A stretch of 63,659 bases of DNA, the filler included. It is 7 parts of 7 records of this genome, joined end to end, with 100 filler letters (N's around TTAATTAATTAA, not from the genome) between each part and the next. Parts side by side here need not be neighbours in the genome. Positions count along the whole stretch, not along the records: positions 42,028 to 49,193 come from SRR31147125_15410; positions 49,294 to 55,429 come from SRR31147125_15419; 5 more parts are not named here. One strand, 5' to 3'. Below, in pieces: positions 41,928 through 52,732 of the stretch (its first letter is position 1; each line of letters begins with the position of its first letter). Made by a program: the position numbers and the translations under genes. Under the pieces are notes generated by a model. The model was given only the letters and a program-made list of their open reading frames with translations. It had not been told where the DNA came from and did no database searches.

Positions 41928-42027
41928 NNNNNNNNNNNNNNNNNNNNNNNNNNNNNNNNNNNNNNNNNNNNTTAATTAATTAANNNNNNNNNNNNNNNNN
42001 NNNNNNNNNNNNNNNNNNNNNNNNNNN
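41928..42027. other. Artificial contig spacer
   Basis: N-run with TTAATTAATTAA. Confidence 0.98.
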
Positions 42028-42777
42028 AGAATCATCACCCATATTACCAAATACCATAGATTGAACATTAACTGCAGTTCCCCATTCATATGGAATATGA
42101 TTCAATCTTCTATAAGTGTTTGCTCTTGGGTTATCCCATGATCTAAATACAGCAGTAATTGCTTCAATGAGTTGTTCTTTAGGATCTTGTGGGAATGGTT
42201 CTCCTTTTAGTTCTAAATATCTTTTCTTATATTGTTCAACTAAAAGTTTCATGTCGTTTGCATCTAATTCAGTATCTTGTTTAACACCCTTATCTTTTTT
42301 CATTTGAGTAAGAAGTGCTTCAAAATGTTCTTTATCGATATCCATCACGACATCTGCAAACATTTGCATAAAGCGTCGATAAGAATCATATGCAAATCTT
42401 GGATTATTTGTCAGTTTAGCTAAACCTAAAACTGCTTCATCATTTAAACCTAGATTTAATATAGTATCCATCATACCAGGCATTGATGCTCTTGCTCCTG
42501 ATCTTACAGATACTAAAAATGGGTCATTTGAGTCTCCAAAAGTCTTTCCAACAATTTTTTCAGTTTCAGCTAAAGCAGCATTAATTTGATTAATAATTGC
42601 TTTCGATATAACCTTACCATCGTCATAATAAGCATTACATGCTTCAGTTGTTACTGTAAATCCTTGAGGTACCGGCATTCCAAGTGATGTCATTTCTGCT
42701 AAGTTTGCACCTTTGCCTCCGAGAAGATTACGCATTTCTGCTGAACCTTCTTTAAACAAATAAACATACTTTGTCAT
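42028..42777 (-). CDS. ppdK: Pyruvate, phosphate dikinase (3' truncated)
   Basis: LGGKGANLAEM, SVRSGA..SMPGMMDT.LNLG, VNVQ.MVFGN. Confidence 0.97.
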
Positions 42778-42857
42778 TGCAATTTCTCCCTTATGTGTAT
42801 TTTATTTTTAAGTTTCTTAAATGAAACTATTTAACCAACCATCCTAAATATATGTTT

Positions 42858-43808
42858 TTATGATACTTTTTTAACGAGTTTATAAAGTCTACTCTTTGGT
42901 CTATTTTGACCTAAAATGTTTGCAAAAGGTAGATGAATCATTTGTGAATCTCTAATACCCACACAAACACCATAAATATCATCATTAAGTAATTCTACAG
43001 CATACGCTCCCATTCGTGAACCGAGAATTCTATCATCTGGACAAGGTGATCCACCTCTTTGTATATAGCCTAAAACTGTTGCTCTAGAACTAAAACCAGA
43101 TTCTTCTGATATTTCTTTAGCTAATTGATGTACATCAAATAATTTTTCTGTCACAACAATAACCGCATGACGTCTACCTTGATTTTTATATTTTCTAATC
43201 GTATCTAGCATTTCTTGTTTATCAACAGGGTTTTCTGGTGTGATAATATACTCTGCACCACCACAAATACCTGCAAACACTGCTAAATCACCAGATCTTC
43301 TACCCATCACTTCGATGATTGATACTCTTTGATGTGAATTAGATGTATCTCTTAATTTATCAATAGCATCAACGATTGTTTCAACAGCTGTAGCAAAACC
43401 TATTGTATAATCGGTACCTGCAATATCATTATCAATTGTTCCTGGTAATCCAATGACTTTAACACCCATTTTAGTTAATTCAGAAGCACCATGATAAGTA
43501 CCATCACCACCAATTGTAACAAGTGCATCAATACCAAATTCTGTTAATTGGTCAACTGCTTCTTGTCTAACATTTATGTCTTTAAATTCAGGTAATCTCG
43601 ATGTACCTAAAAAAGTACCACCACGACTAAGCATACCTGAAACACTTTGATGTGTTAGTTTAACAAAGTCTCCATCGACTAATCCTTTATATCCATTTTT
43701 CACACCATATACTTCATGACCATACATTTCGCCTGTTCTGACAACAGCACGAATGCCGGCATTCATACCTGGAGCATCTCCCCCAGAAGTTAAAACTGCT
43801 ATTTTCAT
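42858..43808 (-). CDS. pfkA: ATP-dependent 6-phosphofructokinase
   Basis: TSGGDAPGMN, GGDG, PGTIDND (ATP-type signature). Confidence 0.95.
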   Translation of the reverse strand: MKIAVLTSGGDAPGMNAGIRAVVRTGEMYGHEVYGVKNGYKGLVDGDFVKLTHQSVSGMLSRGGTFLGTSRLPEFKDINVRQEAVDQLTEFGIDALVTIGGDGTYHGASELTKMGVKVIGLPGTIDNDIAGTDYTIGFATAVETIVDAIDKLRDTSNSHQRVSIIEVMGRRSGDLAVFAGICGGAEYIITPENPVDKQEMLDTIRKYKNQGRRHAVIVVTEKLFDVHQLAKEISEESGFSSRATVLGYIQRGGSPCPDDRILGSRMGAYAVELLNDDIYGVCVGIRDSQMIHLPFANILGQNRPKSRLYKLVKKVS

Positions 43809-43904
43809 GTTTATTTCACCTCTTGTATCTCATAACATTCTCAACCTTATTATATCATATTATTAAAACTATGTTTTAACAATCATTGATTTTTTTACAC
43901 ACTA

Positions 43905-43949
43905 ATGAAAACGATTTTATATGACATCATTTTTATTTCATGGTAAAAT
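43905..43949 (+). promoter_or_regulatory. cre/LacI-type operator next to a sigma-70-type promoter
   Basis: ATGAAAACGATTTTAT (43905-20) abuts ATGACA-17-TAAAAT with extended TG. Confidence 0.5.
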
Positions 43950-43978
43950 AAAAGAAAAAGAAATTGGTGGTAGTTATT

Positions 43979-45223
43979 ATGAAAAATTTAAAAGGTGCCG
44001 CATTACTTGGACAGTCTGGTGGACCAACTAGTGTCATCAACGCAAGTGCTGCAGGTGTTTTTCTAGAAGCATTAAAACAAGAAAACATTACTGAAGTTTA
44101 TGGTGCTATACATGGTATCAAAGGTATTTTAGATGAAGAGTTCTATGATATTTCACAAGAGGATGAAGCAGAATTATTAAGACTTAAAAATACACCTTCA
44201 TCAGCCATTGGTAGTGTGCGTTATAAATTAAAGAATCCTAAAAAAGATGCAAGTGAATACGATCGTTTATTAGAAGTGTTTAGAAAATACAATATCCGTT
44301 ACTTCTTCTATAATGGTGGTAATGATTCAATGGATACATGTAATAAAATCAGCAAATATTTCAAAAAAGCTGGTTGGGATTGTAATGTTATGGGTGTTCC
44401 TAAAACCATTGATAATGACTTAAATATCACTGACCACTCACCTGGTTATGGTAGCGCAGCAAAATATGTTGCAACTTCATTTATGGAATTATATCAAGAT
44501 GCGATGGTTTATGATATTCCTCAAATCACAATTGTCGAAGTTATGGGTAGAAACGCTGGTTGGTTAGTTGCTGCATCTGCTTTAGCTTCATATAAAGGTG
44601 CTGGTCCTGATTTAACATACTTACCAGAAGTACCATTTGATCAAGCTGAATTCTTAGAAGATTTAAAAGTTGTCTTAGATAAAAAAGGTAAAGCAATTGT
44701 TGCTATTTCTGAAGGTGTTAAAACTAAAGATGGTAAATATTTACCAGAATTATTTGGAGAATTAAAAACTGATGCTTTCGGTCATGCACAATTAGGTGGT
44801 GCTGCACAAGCATTAGCTGATGAAGTAAAAAATCATTTCGATATGAAAGTAAGAGCGATTGAATTTAGTTTATTACAACGCTCTGCTGCTCACCTAGCAT
44901 CTAAAGTTGATGTTAAAGAAGCATTCGAAGTTGGTAAACGTGCAGTTAAAGCTGCTGTCACTGGTGCAACTGATAGAATGATTGGTTTTGAACGTGTTTC
45001 ATCAAGTCCTTATAAAATCAAATATAAGAGAATTCCTTTAACTAAAGCTGCAAACACAGAACAAAAAGTACCTTTAGAATGGATTAAACCACGCGGTCAA
45101 GGTCTTACACAAGAATTTATTGATTACGCACTTCCATTAATTCAAGGTGACGATAAAGCAAAACTTGAAGATGGACTTCCAAGATTTGCTCAACTTAAAA
45201 AAGTTCGCGTTGCAAAAAAATAA
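43979..45223 (+). CDS. pfp: PPi-dependent phosphofructokinase
   Basis: QSGGP..VIN, GGND and PKTIDND (Asp/Lys PPi signature), MGR.AGW. Confidence 0.88.
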   Translation: MKNLKGAALLGQSGGPTSVINASAAGVFLEALKQENITEVYGAIHGIKGILDEEFYDISQEDEAELLRLKNTPSSAIGSVRYKLKNPKKDASEYDRLLEVFRKYNIRYFFYNGGNDSMDTCNKISKYFKKAGWDCNVMGVPKTIDNDLNITDHSPGYGSAAKYVATSFMELYQDAMVYDIPQITIVEVMGRNAGWLVAASALASYKGAGPDLTYLPEVPFDQAEFLEDLKVVLDKKGKAIVAISEGVKTKDGKYLPELFGELKTDAFGHAQLGGAAQALADEVKNHFDMKVRAIEFSLLQRSAAHLASKVDVKEAFEVGKRAVKAAVTGATDRMIGFERVSSSPYKIKYKRIPLTKAANTEQKVPLEWIKPRGQGLTQEFIDYALPLIQGDDKAKLEDGLPRFAQLKKVRVAKK

Positions 45224-45236
45224 ATCATTAAACAAT

Positions 45237-45267
45237 GAGAGAACTTTCTGATGAAAGTTCTTTTTTT
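45237..45267 (+). terminator. Intrinsic terminator
   Basis: GAGAACTTTC-tgat-GAAAGTTCTT plus T run. Confidence 0.8.
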
Positions 45268-45338
45268 ATATCTAGATTTAGACATGCTTAATTAATTAAT
45301 ATGATGTATAATGAAAAGTAAACAAATAGGAGGTACTT

Positions 45339-46073
45339 ATGGATTTTTTAAATCAATGGTGGGTCTACACCTTAGTAGGCATAATCTTGCTTTATGTGTT
45401 AGCACAATCCTTTTTTGCATTGTTTAAAGCAATGAAGCAAGCGAAACTTATGGGTTTTAGTAAGTCTCAAATATCAAAAGTTATTTCTTCTTCAGCAGTA
45501 TTTAGCATCGCACCATCCATTGCTATTCTTATATCACTTATCGTATTGACACCTGTATTCGGATCTTGGATTGCAGGGTTACGATTAGGGACACTTGGTG
45601 CTGTCACTTATGAACTACCTGCAGCGATCAATGTGATTGAAGGTGCATTCGGTGCAGAAATAAATGGTGTATTAACACCTGATATGATTGTCACTGCATT
45701 GTGGGTGATGACACTCGGTTGTATACCACCATTACTACTTGTTCCATTATTTTATAAAAAAATAAGTCGTCGATTTGATGCGATAAAAGAAAAAAATAGT
45801 GACTGGAAAGATATTTTAATGGATAGTTTATTTCTTGGGATGATCTCAGCATTCGTTGGCTATGTGGTCGCTCCAGTTGAGGTTGAAGGCGAAACACCAT
45901 ATATTTCTATATTATCGATTATTGTGTTATTAACTTCTGCGATTTTTATTGTTTTATTAGGTTTATTATCTAAAAAGAAAAATTTTACATGGTTAAAAAA
46001 CTATGCATTACCATTATCTATGATTCTTGCGATGGCACTTGCCATTGTCTATGCAAGTATGGGGGTGAAGTAA
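45339..46073 (+). CDS. DUF5058-like membrane protein
   Basis: Multi-TM; FSIAPSIAI, LRL..LGA..YE..AA. Confidence 0.75.
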   Translation: MDFLNQWWVYTLVGIILLYVLAQSFFALFKAMKQAKLMGFSKSQISKVISSSAVFSIAPSIAILISLIVLTPVFGSWIAGLRLGTLGAVTYELPAAINVIEGAFGAEINGVLTPDMIVTALWVMTLGCIPPLLLVPLFYKKISRRFDAIKEKNSDWKDILMDSLFLGMISAFVGYVVAPVEVEGETPYISILSIIVLLTSAIFIVLLGLLSKKKNFTWLKNYALPLSMILAMALAIVYASMGVK

Positions 46074-46074
46074 T

Positions 46075-46725
46075 ATGAAAAACTATCACGAACAAATACA
46101 TAAAGAAGGTAAATTATGGATGCTTGGAGCACTCGCATTATTTATTTCATTACCACTGATTATTTCAATTGTGACGGGCGTTTGGCCATCACTTAATTAT
46201 TTTTTTGTAGGATTTTTTGCAACTGCAGTTATTTTTTGGCCAGTAACAACTATTGAGGTGTTTACTTTTTCACCGATGCTAGGTAGCGCAAGTTATCTTG
46301 CATTTGTCACAGGTAATCTTTCAAGCATTAAAGTGCCTGCAGCAATTAATGCTCAAGAAGCACTTGATTTAGAAAAGGGTAGTGAAGCAGCAGATGTCAT
46401 CTCTATGATCGCAGTAGCATCTTCTTCCATTACAACAACACTGATCATCATTGTTGGTATATTTGCTATTTCACCTTTAACACCAGTCTTAGAATCTGAA
46501 GTTTTACAACCAGCTTTTTCAAATACATTACCAGCATTGTTTGGTGCACTAGGTATTGTCTTTATTTCTAAGAGATGGAAAATAGCCATGCTTCCACTGA
46601 TTATCATGATCATCTTTTTCTTATTCGTTCCTGGATCTGCTGGATATGTTGGAATCATGGTACCTGTAGGTGTTATTATTACAACAATCTCTGCTTATTT
46701 TATGCATAAGAAAGGTTGGATTTAA
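46075..46725 (+). CDS. Hypothetical membrane protein (DUF5058 partner)
   Basis: Multi-TM; YLAFVTGN...KVP.A, LPALFG.L. Confidence 0.75.
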   Translation: MKNYHEQIHKEGKLWMLGALALFISLPLIISIVTGVWPSLNYFFVGFFATAVIFWPVTTIEVFTFSPMLGSASYLAFVTGNLSSIKVPAAINAQEALDLEKGSEAADVISMIAVASSSITTTLIIIVGIFAISPLTPVLESEVLQPAFSNTLPALFGALGIVFISKRWKIAMLPLIIMIIFFLFVPGSAGYVGIMVPVGVIITTISAYFMHKKGWI

Positions 46726-48153
46726 ATGTGGTATTATTATGTCTTGATTGCATGCCTTCTACTATTTTCTATATTAATTGTTCGTACCATAAGATTTAAA
46801 AAACGTCATCAAAATATAGATATTGAGCCTATTGATCTAGATAAAGAAAAACTCATTCACAGCTTTATTAAAAAGATAAATATACCTACAGTCTCTTATA
46901 GAGATTCTGATCACATTGATCAACATGCATTTAGTGATTTTAAATCATTATTAAAAGATGATTATCCTCATATTAAAAAACATGCAACTTCCCTAGAAAT
47001 AGGTACAGGTATATTATTTCATATCAAAGGTGAATCGAACGATAAACCTATTGTTTTAATGGCACATTTCGATGTAGTCCCTACATCTAAAAATTGGTCA
47101 GTAGAGCCTTTCAGCGGAAAAATAGTTGATGATTATATCTATGGTAGAGGCACATTAGACACAAAAGTCACAGTTCATGCTATCATGGAATCTGTTGAAT
47201 ATGTGCTATCTCATAATCATAGGTTTAAACATGATATCTATATCGCTTTTTCTGGTGAAGAAGAGATCAATGGTCCAACACAACAACAAATGGTTTCATA
47301 TTTTGAAAAACATGATATTATACCTCATATGGTATTTGATGAAGGTGGGGCAATTGTTTCAAATATGTTTCCTGGTGTTAAAGAACATGTTGCGGTTATT
47401 GGTGTTGCAGAAAAAGGATTTGTTAATATTGAACTTAGCGCTAAAGCCAAAGGCGGTCATGCCTCTGCACCCCCTAAAGATACACCTGTGACGATGATTG
47501 CACATGCGATTGATAAACTTAATCAATCACATGCATTTAAAATGAAGTTAACAAAACCTATACAAACCATGTTTAACTATATTGCACCTTATTCTGCTTC
47601 TTTTCCAATCCGGTTAATCTTTGCAAATCAGTGGTTATTTAATCCGCTCATAAAACTTATTGCAAAACTATCGGGCGGAGAACTATATGCGATGTTTAAA
47701 TCAACACTTGCCTTTACTGTTTTAAAAGGAAGTACAGCCTTAAATGTATTACCGAGTCAATCAAGTGTTGGCATCAATATACGTATTAGACCTGAAGAGT
47801 CTTCTGATGATATTGTTAAAAAGATAAATAATATTATTGCAAATGAAGACATTGAAATCTCAGTCATAGATGTATCAGAACCAACACCCACTTCGTATGT
47901 TGATGATACGTTTTCTCTATTTGACAAAGCGATTAAGAAAACATGGCATGATACAATTACTTCACCTTATTTGATGGTTGCAACGACGGATTCTAGACAT
48001 TATCACCGTATATGTGATCGTGTTTATAAATTTGCTCCTTATCAACTGACTAAAGAAGATCTAAGATTGATCCATGGTGATGATGAACGTGTTAAAATAG
48101 ATAATGTTATAAATAGTACTAAATTTTATATTCATTTTTTGCGACAATTATAA
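46726..48153 (+). CDS. M20 family peptidase (carboxypeptidase S-like)
   Basis: AHFDVVP, GRGTLD.K, EEI, DEGG, TDSRH, IHG.DE. Confidence 0.92.
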   Translation: MWYYYVLIACLLLFSILIVRTIRFKKRHQNIDIEPIDLDKEKLIHSFIKKINIPTVSYRDSDHIDQHAFSDFKSLLKDDYPHIKKHATSLEIGTGILFHIKGESNDKPIVLMAHFDVVPTSKNWSVEPFSGKIVDDYIYGRGTLDTKVTVHAIMESVEYVLSHNHRFKHDIYIAFSGEEEINGPTQQQMVSYFEKHDIIPHMVFDEGGAIVSNMFPGVKEHVAVIGVAEKGFVNIELSAKAKGGHASAPPKDTPVTMIAHAIDKLNQSHAFKMKLTKPIQTMFNYIAPYSASFPIRLIFANQWLFNPLIKLIAKLSGGELYAMFKSTLAFTVLKGSTALNVLPSQSSVGINIRIRPEESSDDIVKKINNIIANEDIEISVIDVSEPTPTSYVDDTFSLFDKAIKKTWHDTITSPYLMVATTDSRHYHRICDRVYKFAPYQLTKEDLRLIHGDDERVKIDNVINSTKFYIHFLRQL

Positions 48154-48157
48154 CAAC

Positions 48158-48188
48158 AAAAAGGCTATCAATTCGATAGCCTTTTTTT
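48158..48188. terminator. Bidirectional terminator
   Basis: AAAAAGGCTATC-aattc-GATAGCCTTTTTTT between convergent genes. Confidence 0.85.
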
Positions 48189-48199
48189 GATGCTTTTAT

Positions 48200-49193
48200 T
48201 TAGTTGTTATTCTTAATGTATGTAATCAATGTTGCTCTTAATACTCTTTCACTACCAGATTCATCTAGGAATGTATCTGGATCAAATAAATTATTACCTG
48301 GGTCAACAACATCATCAATAATATAGAATGTAATTGTATTTGAGTTATCTAATATTGTATCAACTTCTGCATCAGATAATCCTAAAATAGAGCCCATATT
48401 TATGTTTGTAACTTGTGTAACGTCTGCAATACCAAGAATTGTCATTGCTTCTGCTAGTCCATACATTTCATCAAGTTTCAAGTCATCGCCTACTGCAGCT
48501 GCATCATAATTAGCATCGCCTAATTCAGCTTCTGATTCAAGTGTTGCTACATTACTTGTAATAATACCATCGGCAACTAAGCGATAAATAGTGAGTGCGC
48601 CAATATCTAGTAAGTCTTCAATTAATGACGGTGTAAATGTTGATGTTGCAACCGGCATAATTGATGTTAATGTATCACTATTTGGATCACTACTTAATAA
48701 GAGTAATGCATCGACAACACCTTGTACTTCATTAGCTTTCATATACCCACTTGCCATGTAAGCATCTGTTGGTACATCTAGCGTAGTTTCCATTGAATCT
48801 GAGATCATGTTATGTACAATATATGAATCATATGTATCAGTCACAGGATCAGTACCTAAACCTACATAGTGCAGCGATTGTAAATTATTAATGGTGATTG
48901 CATCTGGTGCAAATGTTCCACCTAGATTAGCAAGTCCCATAATATCCATGGCTTCAACTAATGCATACATTTCAGATTCTTTAATGTCTTTATTGATGCC
49001 ACTTGGATCATAATTATCATCACCACTCACGGCATAACTTTCTGATACTGCAAGTGATGCGTTAATGATACCAGTTGCAATTTGGCGATCAATAATGAGT
49101 GCATCAATGTCAAGTAAATCTTCTATCTTATCAGCTGTTAATCCACCATTTGCAAATGACATAGTTGATAGTGATGCATTTGGATTGGTATTT
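48200..49193 (-). CDS. C-terminal part of a large acidic repeat protein (5' truncated)
   Basis: Frame open to the contig edge; repeats IEDLLDI..L.I.R..A.GII...ES.A..GD.NYD...EMY.L.EAM.I.G. Confidence 0.75.
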
Positions 49194-49293
49194 NNNNNNN
49201 NNNNNNNNNNNNNNNNNNNNNNNNNNNNNNNNNNNNNTTAATTAATTAANNNNNNNNNNNNNNNNNNNNNNNNNNNNNNNNNNNNNNNNNNNN
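49194..49293. other. Artificial contig spacer
   Basis: N-run with TTAATTAATTAA. Confidence 0.98.
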
Positions 49294-49340
49294 AAAACAG
49301 GATACCTTATGGCATCCTATTCAATGCTCCAAGATGACAT

Positions 49341-49631
49341 CTACTGAGCCTGATGCAACGGCAACGGATTCAATATCCAAAACCTTTCATCATCCGACCA
49401 GACAAACAAACCGGAAGGTTTAATTCCAGGTTTGCCAAAATCCTCAACCGGAATACAGTAATGACAATCAAGGCCATTTTCAAGTTTGGCAATGATAGCC
49501 AGTTTGGGGAGTTCATTGTCCTGTTCGATTGATTCTATCTGTTCCGCGTTGATCAGCTGATACTGATGCGGAATGTTATCTTGTTTCTCACTGATTATTC
49601 CATATACATCTAATATAATGGGATTTTCCAT
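49341..49631 (-). CDS. Hypothetical protein
   Basis: GGAGG RBS, 96 aa. Confidence 0.7.
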   Translation of the reverse strand: MENPIILDVYGIISEKQDNIPHQYQLINAEQIESIEQDNELPKLAIIAKLENGLDCHYCIPVEDFGKPGIKPSGLFVWSDDERFWILNPLPLHQAQ

Positions 49632-49648
49632 ATTGCCTCCATAAAATT

Positions 49649-49674
49649 AAAAAGGACACCCATTCGAGTGTCCC
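49649..49674 (-). terminator. Intrinsic terminator
   Basis: GGACACTC-gaat-GGGTGTCC-TTTTT on the minus strand. Confidence 0.7.
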
Positions 49675-49773
49675 ATCTGTTTGATCTTTCCTTGATTCAG
49701 GCTCAAGCAATCCTCAAACCCATATCCGATCTATTGAACAAATCAGAGTGGTTAAAACATCTAAGCATAAGCC

Positions 49774-50568
49774 TCACAACGTAAACTGGAAATCCAATCT
49801 TGAGGGAAGTCTGATTTTTGTTTTTGTCTCAGAAAAGACCGTCTCTGAGGCCTGTCCCAGTTGTGCTTCAATGTTTCGGATCTTTTCCTGCAATGCCAGA
49901 TAGCGTTGCACCAAAGAATCACTGACGTGATGCATCGACAGTTTTGTATTAAACTCATCATCTGACATCGAGATCAGGTCAAATTCTTCATTCATCTCCT
50001 CAGCCATTTTTCCCTTTATTTGTTTCAGGTCTTTGCATAAATATCCAAGCTCTGCTTTAAGCCTTCCCGCGTCAATAGCCACCTCTTCCATAAAGGGTGT
50101 GGCATGGACACTTTCCATTTCCTGAAAATCCTCACCGAGTCCATCTACATTAACTCCCACATCAGACAGGTACGTCGCTGTATCATCATCGATGAAAAGA
50201 TTCATTTCGTTAGAGTGAATATCGGTCAGAGGAGAATAATCATCGATCTTTTTTCTGTGCGCCAGAATTGTATCAGTAAACTTGTGTTCCAGAGCGATAT
50301 CAGCTGATGCTGTGGCATTGGAGGGAGTAAATGTTTTTAAAAGATATCTTTTGCCAAATGGATCATTGGGATTTTTGAAATTGCGGTTCAGTTCCTGCGA
50401 ATAGAAAATAACCGGATTTTCTGTGTCCGGATCCCGGCACAGTCTCAACCTGGCAGCAGTAAAATTCTTTTCATCTTCGACAGCATCTATTTTAAAATCC
50501 TCGATGTCGTTATCCAACCTTACGGGAACATCAATTATAACATTATCCATCCGCTTCCTCCTTCGCAA
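49774..50568 (-). CDS. Hypothetical acidic protein with coiled-coil C-terminus
   Basis: Likely start MDNVII after GGAGG, overlapping the clamp gene's stop. Confidence 0.7.
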   Translation of the reverse strand: MRRRKRMDNVIIDVPVRLDNDIEDFKIDAVEDEKNFTAARLRLCRDPDTENPVIFYSQELNRNFKNPNDPFGKRYLLKTFTPSNATASADIALEHKFTDTILAHRKKIDDYSPLTDIHSNEMNLFIDDDTATYLSDVGVNVDGLGEDFQEMESVHATPFMEEVAIDAGRLKAELGYLCKDLKQIKGKMAEEMNEEFDLISMSDDEFNTKLSMHHVSDSLVQRYLALQEKIRNIEAQLGQASETVFSETKTKIRLPSRLDFQFTL

Positions 50569-51627
50569 TGCGAATTGGCATGAGTAGATTCATGATGTCA
50601 TGATTGGACTCTTCTTCAACGATGACCGAAGCTGAGTTATTATCGTTATATTTCCATAATGCCTTGTCCCCATCTATGCCCTTTAATGCTTTTTCCAGAT
50701 TCCCCAGGTTCAAACCGATGTCGATTTTTTTATCAGCTATCACATCTATCGGCATCGAGGTTTCCCATCTTGTTTCATCCTCGCTGTTTTCAACCTCCAT
50801 TTTTAAAGCATCGCCTTTAATGTGAAAGATACTGCATAGACTTTTTTATCAGCAAAGGCTTTGGCAGCGTCGGCCAGCTTGAGAAATCGTTTTTTGTCAA
50901 CAGCGATAACACCCTCAAAGTCTTTTGGCAGAACGCGCTGGTAATTGGGATATGTGGATTCTACTTTCCGTGCATATATTTCGATGCCATCATCCAGGAT
51001 GAACTGAAAATACTCATCAGAGACCGATACAGCCACTTTGCTCTTTACAGCCCGAGGCAAAAGCTGTAATACCCGTTTCGGAATAATGCCTTCGAATTTT
51101 TCAAGTTCAAACTGTCCTTTCATATCTACATTTCGAATCAAACGCAAAACATGCCCATCTGTTGCACATGATGTAAAGAATCCATTCTGATTGATGTAAA
51201 CACCATTTAATGCCGGACGCATAACATCTGTGCTGCAGTAGGGAAGCTGGCTGTGCAGCAGTTCGATGCCTTCTTTGGACCAGGTGCCGATGCCGTGAAA
51301 GGTTTGTTTTGAGAAAAACGGATACTCTTCCATTGCGGTGGATGGAAAAGAGACTGCCTTTTCATCGTAAATGATTTTAACACGATTTTCATCCGACAAG
51401 TCAATCTCAAGATGTTTCGGTCTTGATTTCAGTACCGTTTTTATTATTGCTAATGGAATGAGAAAAGCTCTTTTGTCATCGACTTTCATTCTGGCTGTTA
51501 TCTCCAGATCCGTAGCCATGACAAAACCATGCGAGACAGCGACATTTTTGATCACATCGATGGTTGATCTCCGTGGAATAATTTTCTCTGCGATAGGGAT
51601 AAATTTGATAAATTCTTGTAACATCAT
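50543..51627 (-). CDS. dnaN: DNA polymerase III beta sliding-clamp homologue (frameshift near 50816-50818)
   Basis: ATDLE, RPALNGV, ATDGH.L, IIPK, YPNY.RVLP, C-terminal LMPIR; ~361 aa once the two ORFs are joined; no dnaA/recF/gyrB nearby. Confidence 0.88.
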
Positions 51628-51644
51628 CGTTTCCTCATAAATTT

Positions 51645-52469
51645 TTAAGTTTGACCAAATTTTAATGTTGCCATGGGACATGAGCTATTGTATGGCTTTT
51701 TACTACAAAACGACTCAGTGCAATGTCCCTGATCATCCAGCAATACGGACTTTCCCTTGTATTTGCAGTAATAATGCAGATGTCCATGACTCAAAAGATG
51801 CTTTTCATACTTTTCAAAGAAATCCTTAAAACCTGTGATGCCTGTAGATTGTTTTTGATACTGCGAATAGGCTTGTGAAAGTTTTTCAATGAGCTCATCA
51901 TAGACTTTTTTCGATTCAATGGATTTGATCCATTCCGGCAAGTACGGATTATTCAGCATTCGCTGTTTTACATTGTCTGCATTGGTATCTGATTCTTGCC
52001 TGATAATCGATACACCTTTATTATGAGACGATTTTGCAGGCGAGGAGAATAAGGAAAACTGCTGAGACATTGGGACATTGAGACTTATTGTTTGAACAAA
52101 CTCGTTGATGCCAAGAATGAGCCTGTTTAGCATATCGATGGAATCATCAATGGGTCCAGGTTTGTGGTTTTGCTTTTTTTCCTCGGTTTCAACATAGGGT
52201 TCATCTTTTAACACCAGGTCAATGTCGTCGATGTTTAAATCTAGATTGGCCGGCAGGACAAACTGAACCTCACCGATGAGGTGTTTACCATCTTTATTAT
52301 TGGTGACAACAGGTAAGGAATTGTGTCCGGATGTAAAACCTTTGGGAAAAAGGATCTGCCATTGTTTGGTTAAAAGCAGATCATTGTGCTTTTTCTTGAG
52401 TATATCGATCCAGTTATTGATTTCGGTTTTGATTTTTTCGATTATTAGCTGCTGGTAATCCTCACTCAT
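51645..52469 (-). CDS. Hypothetical protein with QFSLF clamp-binding-like motif and Cys/His-rich C-terminus
   Basis: 274 aa; QFSLF in a Ser/Pro linker; HLHYYC...HC..FC...C tail. Confidence 0.75.
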   Translation of the reverse strand: MSEDYQQLIIEKIKTEINNWIDILKKKHNDLLLTKQWQILFPKGFTSGHNSLPVVTNNKDGKHLIGEVQFVLPANLDLNIDDIDLVLKDEPYVETEEKKQNHKPGPIDDSIDMLNRLILGINEFVQTISLNVPMSQQFSLFSSPAKSSHNKGVSIIRQESDTNADNVKQRMLNNPYLPEWIKSIESKKVYDELIEKLSQAYSQYQKQSTGITGFKDFFEKYEKHLLSHGHLHYYCKYKGKSVLLDDQGHCTESFCSKKPYNSSCPMATLKFGQT

Positions 52470-52732
52470 AATGCCTCCAGTGCCTTTAACTGATTGGATT
52501 CTACATCTGTAGAATTATATGGATTAAAATTTATCTCTGCCTCAGCACCGCAATCGATGCATTTTAGGCCCTGCGATAGCTTTTGATTAACCAGCTTTTC
52601 CTCAATTGATTCAAGCTGTTTTATATGTAAAATGGAAATCGTGCCGTCTTCATTAAACCTGAATGTGGCCCGAACCCACAGGGGAATGATGAATTTTTTA
52701 TTATTACCGCATTTCGGACATAATATTTTCAC
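52466..52732 (-). CDS. Small Zn-ribbon protein
   Basis: CPKCGN...CIDCG. Confidence 0.75.
   Translation of the reverse strand: MKILCPKCGNNKKFIIPLWVRATFRFNEDGTISILHIKQLESIEEKLVNQKLSQGLKCIDCGAEAEINFNPYNSTDVESNQLKALEAL

Noticed and set aside
45288-45299. TTAATTAATTAA identical to the spacer core
   Set aside because: No flanking Ns; lies in an AT-rich promoter region with consistent composition on both sides, so probably chance
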